This document shows, piece by piece, positions 1 to 8,916 of a stretch of 64,000 nt of DNA (positions are counted from its first letter, which is position 1; each line of letters begins with the position of its first letter). Location of the stretch: positions 352,001 to 416,000 of the forward strand of contig CAVZMI010000023.1 of NCBI GenBank assembly GCA_963776275.1, written 5' to 3'. The translations under genes and the position numbers were made by a program. The notes under the pieces are model-generated. The model did not search any database. It was not told where the DNA came from and saw nothing but the letters and a program-made list of their open reading frames with translations. This stretch comes from Ignavibacteriota bacterium (GTDB taxonomy: Bacteria; Bacteroidota; Ignavibacteria; UBA10030; CAVZMI01).

Positions 1-508
1 CAATTCGTGTAGCATTTTGCAGGAGAAGCGAGGTTACAATCACAAAAATCATGCACAAAATCGCGCCGGCATCCATGGAGCCACGACGATCGACCTGAAG
101 ACGCGGCACACGGGTAACAAATCTCCGGTATAATGAAACAATAACTGCAATCGCGACAAAGAGACAAAATATTTCCTGTGAAAGAATTATGAATGAATAT
201 GCACCACCCAGAAACGAGAGCGAAAACGCTCCCAGTACTCCCTCTCCAATTGATTCTATGACAGCCAGAATCAACACCAGAAATCCCCAGAAAATTGCAG
301 CATGAAGGATACCGGCAAGCGGATCGCGAAGAAGCTTCTTCTGTCCGAGAGCGATAACAAGAACATCCTTGAGCCGTCGGGACAAATTCCCCCTACGGTT
401 TTCCTTCTGCCCAATTTTTAGATACGACAGAAGCCGCCGGACGTTGTACACAAACCCGCTAAAGGCAATGAGTAGAATCAGTGAGAACAGAGTTGCTTTC
501 AGCGTCAT
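1..508 (-). CDS. Membrane-bound Fe-S oxidoreductase (FadF/HdrD-like), N-terminal part; runs off the window
   Basis: Translated by hand: ATG at 508 with AGGAG SD; MTLKATLFSLILLIAFSGFVYNVRRLL...ALGQKKLLRDPLAGILHAAIFWGFLVL..., the typical N-terminal membrane domain (GQxKL...HxxIFWGF). Confidence 0.75.
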   Translation of the reverse strand, partial: MTLKATLFSLILLIAFSGFVYNVRRLLSYLKIGQKENRRGNLSRRLKDVLVIALGQKKLLRDPLAGILHAAIFWGFLVLILAVIESIGEGVLGAFSLSFLGGAYSFIILSQEIFCLFVAIAVIVSLYRRFVTRVPRLQVDRRGSMDAGAILCMIFVIVTSLLLQNATRI

Positions 509-957
509 GAAGGCTCCTTAGAAAATTAATGCGGCGGAGTATTACAGGATCATCTCAGCAAAAAAAATTCTGACAAATTATCAGATGAATGAGGTAAAGG
601 ATATCTCGATTTTGATTGCAGATAATAGTACGACTCGATTCGACAGACAATGTCTGGATTCGCTCATTACTGTGCCCTGTTTTTTATAGGGAATAATAGT
701 TGGCAGGGCACCAGTGATGTAATCTAATCCTTATCAGAATAGCAACATCAAGGTGGCCGGGTTAATTAGCAATAGATAGCCATATCGAGATATCATTATT
801 GAAATAGTAGGCCTACAAGTGTGATCTCGATATGGCTATTGAATTTGCGAACGAACTCTGTGACCTAGCTTTTTAAATCCTCTATAAATTGTCCACTGCC
901 GACTGGCCGCGCACACTTAGATAACAAATAAAATACGAATCGAGACCGCTATAAAGA

Positions 958-1854
958 TCACACAGGGATCATTTGCTCGCTGACCACGACCGCTTTTCCA
1001 CCGATTGTGACGCGCGTTATTATCCCGCGTTTCGCATGGATGTCGACCAGCACACGACCGGAACGTCCGATTGCATCTCCCTGCTCACCGATTATAAACC
1101 GGCGGCCGTTGGTCGGCTTTATTTTCTTATTGAGCACACAGAGTGCGCCGAGTGGTCCGTTAGCCGATCCGGTTACGGGATCTTCGTTGATTCCGACCGT
1201 CGGTGCAAAGAATCGTGAATGAAACGCCGATTTCGGCTCGACAGTCTCTCTCGTATATACGCACATTCCGTAGATTTTCTTGGCTGTGAGATATTCTTTC
1301 ATTTTGTCAAAATTCGGCTTCATCAACAGAAGGAGCGGCAACCTTGATATCTCGACATACAAATGATTGTCAAAGGGAACGGCCGTTTTAAAAAGAAAGG
1401 CCTCAGTAGGAATTCCCAGAATTGCCGCCAGATCTTTCTTCTGACATTTCATGGGAATAAAATTTGGTATTGGGAGTCCGAAATGCACGATCGTTTTTTT
1501 TGCTATCTTGACCGTAACAGGAAGAATCCCGGATTTTGTCTGAAGACGGAATTTGTATGTTCCCGGTTTCAGCATATTATACCGATGGAATTGTGCAAGC
1601 GTAAAGAAACTTGCTATCGTGGCGTGTCCGCACAGCGGCACTTCTTCTTGCGGCGTAAACCACCGAATCTTCAGATCGGCGCCCTGTTCGGTTGGAGGAA
1701 GCACGAAGGCGGTCTCGGAAAAGTCCATCACCTTTGCAATAGCAAGCATTTGTGCGTTGCTGAGCTTATCGCCGTCGAGAACCACGCCCGCAGGATTTCC
1801 TGCATAAGGCGAATCGGTAAACGCATTCACTTGATATACTGAGATTGGTGTCAT
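958..1854 (-). CDS. PhzF-family isomerase (DAP-epimerase fold)
   Basis: Motifs NAFT..GNPAGVV, FSETAF, RWFTP..EVPLCGHAT, RFFAP..GINEDPVTGSA. Confidence 0.93.
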   Translation of the reverse strand: MTPISVYQVNAFTDSPYAGNPAGVVLDGDKLSNAQMLAIAKVMDFSETAFVLPPTEQGADLKIRWFTPQEEVPLCGHATIASFFTLAQFHRYNMLKPGTYKFRLQTKSGILPVTVKIAKKTIVHFGLPIPNFIPMKCQKKDLAAILGIPTEAFLFKTAVPFDNHLYVEISRLPLLLLMKPNFDKMKEYLTAKKIYGMCVYTRETVEPKSAFHSRFFAPTVGINEDPVTGSANGPLGALCVLNKKIKPTNGRRFIIGEQGDAIGRSGRVLVDIHAKRGIITRVTIGGKAVVVSEQMIPV

Positions 1855-1862
1855 AAGTCTTC

Positions 1863-2291
1863 CTATTCTCCAATAAGTTGAACAACTATTTTTCGAGAAC
1901 GACTTCTGTTATCAAAATCAATCAGGACAATTTGCTGCCAGGTTCCGAGCAGCAGCTTACCTTTTGAGAACGGCACGATGAGGGTCGGCCCCAGCAATGA
2001 AGCACGTACGTGAGCGTATCCGTTTCCGTCTCCCCAGGTAGCATCATGATGGTACAGTTTTGCAACGGGCGCCATTCGTTCAAACGCCTCCGGAAGATCA
2101 GCCCTGAGTCCCGGTTCGTACTCCACGGTCGTGACACTTGCAGTCGAACCCGAGACAAAAACGGTTGCATTCCCTTCTTTATATTCATGTTTCTTGAGGA
2201 GCGCGCCAACGCGTTCTGTGATATCGATGATATCGGTGTCTCCCTTCGTCGATACCGAAATATAATCTGTTACAATCCGCAGGGCACTCAC
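1863..2291 (-). CDS. yjbQ: YjbQ/UPF0047 family protein (secondary thiamine-phosphate synthase)
   Basis: GSTAS..T.EYEPGL, HHD..WGDGNG.AHVRASL, LGTWQQI..IDFD; probable GTG start at 2291 with GGAG upstream (the ORF-track start at 2399 overlaps the next gene). Confidence 0.9.
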   Translation of the reverse strand: MSALRIVTDYISVSTKGDTDIIDITERVGALLKKHEYKEGNATVFVSGSTASVTTVEYEPGLRADLPEAFERMAPVAKLYHHDATWGDGNGYAHVRASLLGPTLIVPFSKGKLLLGTWQQIVLIDFDNRSRSRKIVVQLIGE

Positions 2292-2304
2292 AGACTGCTC
2301 TCCA

Positions 2305-3153
2305 TCAGAGTCGAACTGCTGTAAGAATCGATCGGTCTTTAATATAAAACAACAATTCATCATGAAAGAAAAATGCGTCCGGCACGGGATATGAGACATT
2401 TGTATTGAGCGTCTCGGAAAATATTAAGCGTTTGTTCGCAATCGAGACAATTTTGAAATAATTGTTCAGGATATCCCGGTTCTCAGTCGATTTCACATTT
2501 TTTTCATAGTAATTGAAGAGAAGCATGTCATCATGTTCGATGAATTCGACGCTTCCGATCAATTCTTCCGTATTGACATGTTCATAAATAATTTTTCCCT
2601 GTTCACCTTCGCCGGAGATCAACGTTACCGGAAAAGTATAGCGGCGTTCATCGATTCCCAAATCAGGCATATTGCCAAATTTGTTCCGATCTGCACTTTC
2701 TTCCTGAATTATTCCGCTCTTTGAATCGAGCCGGCAGAAAATCCTTTTTCCAAAATAATATCCCTCGGCAACAATTGCGCCCTTATATGCCGAGAGCAAT
2801 CGAAGGCCCGGATTTTCCCAGAGAACCCTTCCTGAAAAAATATCGACAGCAACGATACCTTTATTTTCAGGCATATCCGGAGAAGCATAACCATGGATGA
2901 AGAGGGTATTTCCGTCGATAGCTTCGATCCCGCTCCACCATTCTTTTTCATACTTCTTCTCGCGCCAGAGAACTTTACCGCTCAATTCGTCGAGACAGAA
3001 ATAAATGAGCGATTTTTCCTCTTCGTCCCGGTCTTCACCTACAATCACCCCATTTTCAGAAAAAAGAACCCGCCAGATAACGCCTTTGGCGGTGAAAGTC
3101 CACTTCGATGCAATTCTCCCCGGCTTTAGAAAACTTAATATGCCCATCGGCAT
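2305..3153 (-). CDS. DUF4905-like protein (PQQ-type beta-propeller repeats)
   Basis: SGKVLW/SGRVLW repeats, WW.GI, HGY..PD.P..KGI, PD.FF motifs. Confidence 0.7.
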   Translation of the reverse strand: MPMGILSFLKPGRIASKWTFTAKGVIWRVLFSENGVIVGEDRDEEEKSLIYFCLDELSGKVLWREKKYEKEWWSGIEAIDGNTLFIHGYASPDMPENKGIVAVDIFSGRVLWENPGLRLLSAYKGAIVAEGYYFGKRIFCRLDSKSGIIQEESADRNKFGNMPDLGIDERRYTFPVTLISGEGEQGKIIYEHVNTEELIGSVEFIEHDDMLLFNYYEKNVKSTENRDILNNYFKIVSIANKRLIFSETLNTNVSYPVPDAFFFHDELLFYIKDRSILTAVRL

Positions 3154-3274
3154 CCTTTATTTTAATAATATTACTTCTTTTTTCGATTATATTCAATGAG
3201 TTTTATCACTTGAATTAGGAGTCGTGAAACCTCTTTTCTTATGCCACTCCAGGGATCATTTATTGAATGTCAAT

Positions 3275-3360
3275 AAAAACCCATCCCGACAAAATGTCTC
3301 TACGATTCATAGACCGCCGAAATCCAACGGTAGCGGATACAGGCAGAAAGTCGGGATGGG
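3275..3360 (-). terminator. Intrinsic terminator with an expanded 59-nt loop
   Basis: Perfect 11-bp IR cccatcccgac (3280-3290)/gtcgggatggg (3350-3360), U5 tract on the minus strand, 26 nt after the protease stop. Confidence 0.65.
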
Positions 3361-3386
3361 CAACATTCCAACGTCACTACATATAT

Positions 3387-5670
3387 CTATCTCAGCAGCA
3401 CCATCTTTTTGGTTTTTATAAACGATCCGGCTTGCAGCCTGTAGAAGTATACCCCCGATCCAACCGACAGACCCGATGTATTTTTCCCATCCCATTTCAC
3501 TTCATATGTGCCGGGATCCTGAACCTGATCGATTAATATAGCCACTTCTCTGCCAAGCATATCGTATATCGAAAGCCGTACGGGATTTTTCGTCGGGACT
3601 GCATAGCGAATGCTGGTCTCGGGATTGAAGGGATTCGGGTAATTCTGTGAAAGATCGAATATCTTTGGAGTAAGCACGATCGGCCGAGCAATTCCATTGG
3701 TGACATAATGAATATACGCTCGGACAAGATATCTCGCTGCACTATCCCACGCATCATTTGTCACTATGACATACCATTGTCTTCCTTTCGAACCGTTCGT
3801 CTCTGTAAAGCTATGGTGTGGATTGGCATCGGAATATGGCTCTGCACTCACCATCAACCCTGGTGCTGTTCCGTTACTCCCAAATGCAAATCCAACGGCA
3901 AATGGATAATTGAGATCGACGTTCCAACCGGAGACATCCGTCTTCACCCAATTTTGATATGGAATCGGATATGGATATGGAGGTGTACTGTCGGTACATA
4001 TCATTGTACCGGTGCCATAGTTTTGAGCGAAAGGAGATGAACTCGATGCGCCCGAATATTTCCAGATTCCATATGATATCGAGCCGGCCCGTCGGAAGGC
4101 AACTCTGATGCTGTCAAGCATGGCGCCGGGGGCAGCATCGAACTGTACGGCAACAGAATCACCCGTTGTATACGCATAGTAAAACTCGGGATTCCCATCG
4201 TCGTAAGCAATCTCCATAGGCTGCTGGACCCCGCTTATCCCGCTTGCCGTATAATGATAAATTGTTTTACTTCCAAAAATATTCGTGACAACGAATATTA
4301 TTTTATCATAACCTTGCCCAAAGTCGTTCTCAAGATAAGGAGTATCCGGTGCAACGTCGCTGACTTTTTCCCCGGCACTCCCTTTAGCAATGGCATGAAC
4401 GCTGGCCTTGGCATTGTCATATGAAAAGGTTGCGTTTAAAGAGTCGCCGCCCCAAAAAGTGATGTATCGGGTTCCGTATGCTTCGAGTGTATCATAGGTG
4501 GTAGGAACGTTCGGATTAGTAAATGTGCGATATGATGACGGATAGATTGAAATATTTATCTGTTTAAAGCCATACCTGGAATCATAAGTAGTGTCGTTCA
4601 AACCTGCGGCAATGGCAAAATTTTTCAGAGACGTCTAAAAACCGTAATGCTGTTACGTGTGATAATGCGTCGTTATACCCATTTAATCCAATACTGGTAC
4701 TTTGCACAATGTCTTTTGCAGTTACTGCCCCAAATTGCCCGATAATATACCATGTAAATAATCCAGCGCGAGAATATTCAGGGATCGAATTATCATAATC
4801 CCATCCGAGAAAATTCACATTTGTGTTGGCATAGTACCATGACGTAGCTTCAAATGCATAACCACATAATCTCATGGCCGATTCAGACAAGCCTTCATTA
4901 ACGAATGTAATCTCATCGGGATCGTAGTGGTAATGAATCATATGCTGGAATTCATGCGCGGTGAACGACGCTGCATTTGTCCTCCCTCCAACTGTTTTTA
5001 AATCGGTAGGATCGCAGTCGACATAATAAATTTCGGCTTCGTTTGAGTGACGGCCGGCTGGAAGACCCTCATCGTAATTTTCATTAAGACTATTGAAATA
5101 ACCGGCGACATATCCAACCGAGCTGGGATATTCATCTTTAATATCCAGGATAAGAATGATGATCTTCGGATCGCCATCGATATCCGGCGGGTTCCCGAAG
5201 TACTGAGTATCGAGATCATATATTCCCTTCGCTGGATCAGCAGGAGTTCTTGAATCGAAAGCAGCCATTACTGAATCTACCACTTCCTGGTTTGCACGCG
5301 TATTCCACGCTGCATCTTCTACAAAAATATAGCAGTGAGTCCCGACGGCGCGGCATGTCGATGGAACCAGATATTCATGTTGGCTGGAACCGCTGAAATC
5401 TGTTGCGTACCAGCTATGCGTGCTTCCGACATTAAAATCCCATGAAGCGGTTTTTCTCAGGCTTTGCATCTGCGGGTGTGTCCGAGCGTATTCCTTCAGG
5501 ATCGGACTGAGCTTTTCCCAATCTTTGTGGAGCAGATGAGAACCTGCGATGGGATAAGAGGGCTGGACTTTAGCCGTACTTTCCGCTGCAGGCGGCACAT
5601 ATGCCTTTTGTGCAAAAACCGGAAAAATTACGCCGAGTACCAGCGATATAATAATCGGAAGTTTATTCAT
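3387..5670 (-). CDS. Secreted zinc metallopeptidase (gluzincin, M30/clan MA-like) with T9SS type-A CTD; one gene (~760 aa) split by a +1 indel near 4621-4632
   Basis: Signal peptide; AHEFQHMIH...NEGLSE in ORF 4582-5670; LSQNYPNPFNP...GVYFYRL...KKMVLLR in ORF 3387-4601; removing one base joins them (...NFAIAAGLNDTTY...). Confidence 0.82.
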
Positions 5671-5686
5671 TACACATTCTCCTTAT

Positions 5687-6175
5687 TTACTTAACGACCC
5701 GATATTTTTTGATCACGATCGCTTTACCCATTAAACCCTTTTTAATTGTACCGACTATCTTGATACGTTCCCCCTGCATTCTCCAGAGTTTTTTCATGAC
5801 CGTTGTATCTGCTTCGAGATTAATGCTCTTTGAAGGTCCAAGCGACAGCATCAAACGTGTGAAAGGTTCATTCCCGGCGACATATATTTCTCCGACTAAA
5901 GTATCGGCCGCCGCAGTTCTTAATTTCCTTGATCGGGAAGAAGTCATATATTTATTGGCTGAAGATTTAATTGTATCTTGCACTGCAGGCAGTATCGTTT
6001 TTGCAGTTGTATCCGATGAAGGTTTTTGTTCTTCATGGCAACCCTGGTTTCCATTTTGGTTCCCGCAGGTAGCTGGATCCGATGAAGGCTTCTGTTCTTC
6101 CTGTTGTTGCCGGGTGCACGAAGTTAAGAAAAGGATAATTATGATAATTAATATAATATTGAAAAGTGTTTTCAC
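5687..6175 (-). CDS. Hypothetical lipoprotein
   Basis: Lipobox FLTSC after a hydrophobic stretch; duplicated EEQKPSSD linker; small C-terminal beta-rich domain; 16 nt upstream of the protease. Confidence 0.7.
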   Translation of the reverse strand: MKTLFNIILIIIIILFLTSCTRQQQEEQKPSSDPATCGNQNGNQGCHEEQKPSSDTTAKTILPAVQDTIKSSANKYMTSSRSRKLRTAAADTLVGEIYVAGNEPFTRLMLSLGPSKSINLEADTTVMKKLWRMQGERIKIVGTIKKGLMGKAIVIKKYRVVK

Positions 6176-6360
6176 TCTCGGTATCCGATATGTTCTCTAA
6201 GCAATTCCAGTTTCATTTACGCCTATGTTAAAGTCAAAGGCGCCCATCAGTCCGCTGACGTTTGATGAAGTGGGAGCAAGATTATATCCGGAAGTCCCGA
6301 CCAGAGCGGCATGAATAACCGGATGCCTATTTCCGAAAAGAGCGGCGATATAGGTTTTCA

Positions 6361-7380
6361 TTAGTTGTCCTGGATTAATTCCGGGATAACAGCGGAAATG
6401 AATGAAATGGAATGGATCATCAAACCAGACGAGGTTGTTTCAATCCGGAGGCGGTGCGGACCAAACTCTTTATTTTTTACGATGCAATACGATCGCGGTT
6501 CATCGACTCTGATTATGCTCGACAGGTCGGGCTCCACCGTCACATCGCTTCCCCGATTCAACTCATCGAGCGGCAACTCATCCTGAAAAATTTCAACAAT
6601 ACTCTTAATACTACCCGGCTGGAGGACACAATGGACTTCGGCAGCGGTATATGGGAAAATGATGTGCCCTTTCTCTCGGTTCTCACCCCGCATTTCGACG
6701 GCAGTACGCGAACTCCGCCATTTACCTTCAAGGTAAAAACGTCCTTCAATGTATTGATGCTGATCTGTATATTCCACCGTAGATTCCGGAGCATAGCCTT
6801 CGCTGTTCCCGAGACATCCGTGGACATATCCGGTCTGGAGTTCCGGTGTTGCCCGATAACAGAGAGCATCCGGACGATCTGTATCGCGGAGCGGCTCCAT
6901 CGGGAGCGGTAGCGGTTCGAAGCAACCGGTTTCGATCAGGAGGGACTGGAGTGAATGTTCCAGCGTGATATAATTTCCCTCACCGACAAATACATGGCGT
7001 ATGAAACCGTCTTTATCGATAAGATATTTTGTCGGGAGATATCGATTTCTGAATAGACCCCAGATAAGCTGTTGATTATCCACGACCACAGGATACTGAA
7101 TACCAAACCGTTCAATAGCACGCTGGACATTCTCGGGCTGCTGTCCGAAAGGAAACTGCGGTGCATGGATACCAATCACGACAAGACCATGGCCGTGGTA
7201 TCGGTGATACCATTCTTTTACATAGGGAATCGTCCGAAGACAGTTGACAGAGCTATAATCCCAAAAATCGATTAGAATAATCTGTCCTCGCAGCGCACCG
7301 AGCGGAAGGGGTTCAGAATTGAACCAGAAATCTCCATAAATCTCAGGTGCCCGAATTGACCTTGTACCGAATTCGACCAT
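6361..7380 (-). CDS. DipZ-like redoxin (thioredoxin domain plus C-terminal domain)
   Basis: WFNS.PL....LRG..ILIDFWDYSSVNC.RT.PY, GIH.P.F, GEG.Y, TPE...GY; ATG at 7380 preferred over TTG at 7413. Confidence 0.85.
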   Translation of the reverse strand: MVEFGTRSIRAPEIYGDFWFNSEPLPLGALRGQIILIDFWDYSSVNCLRTIPYVKEWYHRYHGHGLVVIGIHAPQFPFGQQPENVQRAIERFGIQYPVVVDNQQLIWGLFRNRYLPTKYLIDKDGFIRHVFVGEGNYITLEHSLQSLLIETGCFEPLPLPMEPLRDTDRPDALCYRATPELQTGYVHGCLGNSEGYAPESTVEYTDQHQYIEGRFYLEGKWRSSRTAVEMRGENREKGHIIFPYTAAEVHCVLQPGSIKSIVEIFQDELPLDELNRGSDVTVEPDLSSIIRVDEPRSYCIVKNKEFGPHRLRIETTSSGLMIHSISFISAVIPELIQDN

Positions 7381-7507
7381 GGCTTTCCTTATGAAATGAT
7401 ACCCTTCTAACAAAATATAGATAACTTCTTTGCGAACAGCAAGGAAAGTAATCTTTAATTATGTTTATTTTTCCGAAGATACCCGAACCACCTCTTACTA
7501 ATAAATA

Positions 7508-8191
7508 TTATTTTACTTTTGCTCCACGAAGAACGATCACATATTCACCTTTCATTTTCTTTGTAGCAATTTCGCCGGCGACTTTTCCGAGGGGCCCGCG
7601 GAGAAATTGTTCGGTGGGCATAGTCAAATCGAATGCAATCGAGACTTCACGCGACGGACCGAGAACCGACACCATATCATCCATCACAACCCTGAACCGA
7701 TATGGGGTATCCATAATCACTGACGTCCGCCGTTCATTCTTGATGGCAAGCAGCTGTCTTCTCCTTATTTCCTTTTTAGGTGAGAGCCACCCGACAAAAA
7801 GAAATGAATCAAGTGAAAATCCTGATCCAACTAGCGCCGGCAATAGTGAAGAAGCCCCGGGTAAGGGAACAACGCGAACGTTATGATGAATGGCGGCTTG
7901 AACAAGCTCAGCCCCCGGATCCGAAAAAACGGGGGTGCCGCTGTCAGAGACCAGGGCTATTGATTTTCCATCAAGAAGATGCCCGACGGTTCTTTTCGTC
8001 GCCTCTACAACATTGTGCTCGTTCAGATTCTCGAGAGGTTTTTCTAATCCGATTTCCCTTAGAAGGGCTTTACCTTCCTTAAATTCCTCGCATATGATCA
8101 GGTCGACTTCCTTGAGCAGACGTAACGCACGGATTGTAATATCTTCCCAATTACCGATAGGTATTGGAATGAGATAGAGTATTCCCGCCAT
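7508..8191 (-). CDS. rsmI: 16S rRNA (cytidine1402-2'-O)-methyltransferase
   Basis: LYLIPIPIGNWEDITIRA, ALVSDSGTP.FSDPG, KGEYVIV. Confidence 0.93.
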   Translation of the reverse strand: MAGILYLIPIPIGNWEDITIRALRLLKEVDLIICEEFKEGKALLREIGLEKPLENLNEHNVVEATKRTVGHLLDGKSIALVSDSGTPVFSDPGAELVQAAIHHNVRVVPLPGASSLLPALVGSGFSLDSFLFVGWLSPKKEIRRRQLLAIKNERRTSVIMDTPYRFRVVMDDMVSVLGPSREVSIAFDLTMPTEQFLRGPLGKVAGEIATKKMKGEYVIVLRGAKVK

Positions 8192-8203
8192 GCAATCCTC
8201 TGC

Positions 8204-8665
8204 TTACTGTCCTGTATGACCGAATCCCCCCACTCCACGGTCGGTCGAATCGAGTCTCTCAACTTCTATCCATTCCACACGATCATAGGAAGCGACAACG
8301 AGCTGCGCGATGCGGTCGCCGCGGTGGATGACGAAGGATTGTTTCCCAAAATTCGTAAGGATGATTTTTACTTCGCCGCGATAGTCGGAATCTATTGTGC
8401 CGGGAGCATTGAGAATTCCGATTCCGTGTTTAATGGAAAGTCCACTCCGGGGTCTGATCTGTCCTTCGAGCCCTTGAGGTAATTCGATGGAAAAACCCGT
8501 CGGAATAAGAGCTGTCTCACCCGGTGGAATAACGATATCGCTTTCAACTGCGGCATAAATATCCATTCCCGCCGATCCTTCCGTGGCATAGGCTGGAAGC
8601 GGAATATCCGGGTTTCGTCGGGACTGCGAGACGCGGGCAATTCGGACTTTGATTCGGTCTGTCAA
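8204..8665 (-). CDS. dut: dUTP diphosphatase
   Basis: [34 protein letters not shown] (all five motifs). Confidence 0.98.
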   Translation of the reverse strand: MTDRIKVRIARVSQSRRNPDIPLPAYATEGSAGMDIYAAVESDIVIPPGETALIPTGFSIELPQGLEGQIRPRSGLSIKHGIGILNAPGTIDSDYRGEVKIILTNFGKQSFVIHRGDRIAQLVVASYDRVEWIEVERLDSTDRGVGGFGHTGQ

Positions 8666-8916
8666 AGGAAATTGAATATGATAATGGATAATAGAAAAAT
8701 TTTATCGAAGATAATGTAGCGAGTGTACACTTCTAATGCAAGATATCCTTCATTGTTTTTTAATGAATTCTGCTACTACATGTTTACATAGCAAATCCCA
8801 AGTGTTGATAGCTGATATTATTGAATCGGATATTGATCAGCTTCTTCAGCTTGGGATTTGGCAATTAAATTGACCCGTAGGGTTGCGGACCCGTTGGGAA
8901 AATTGATGTTTTCTTT

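Noticed and set aside
753-910. Retron msr-msd
   Set aside because: The hairpin and outer repeats are suggestive, but no reverse transcriptase is encoded in the window
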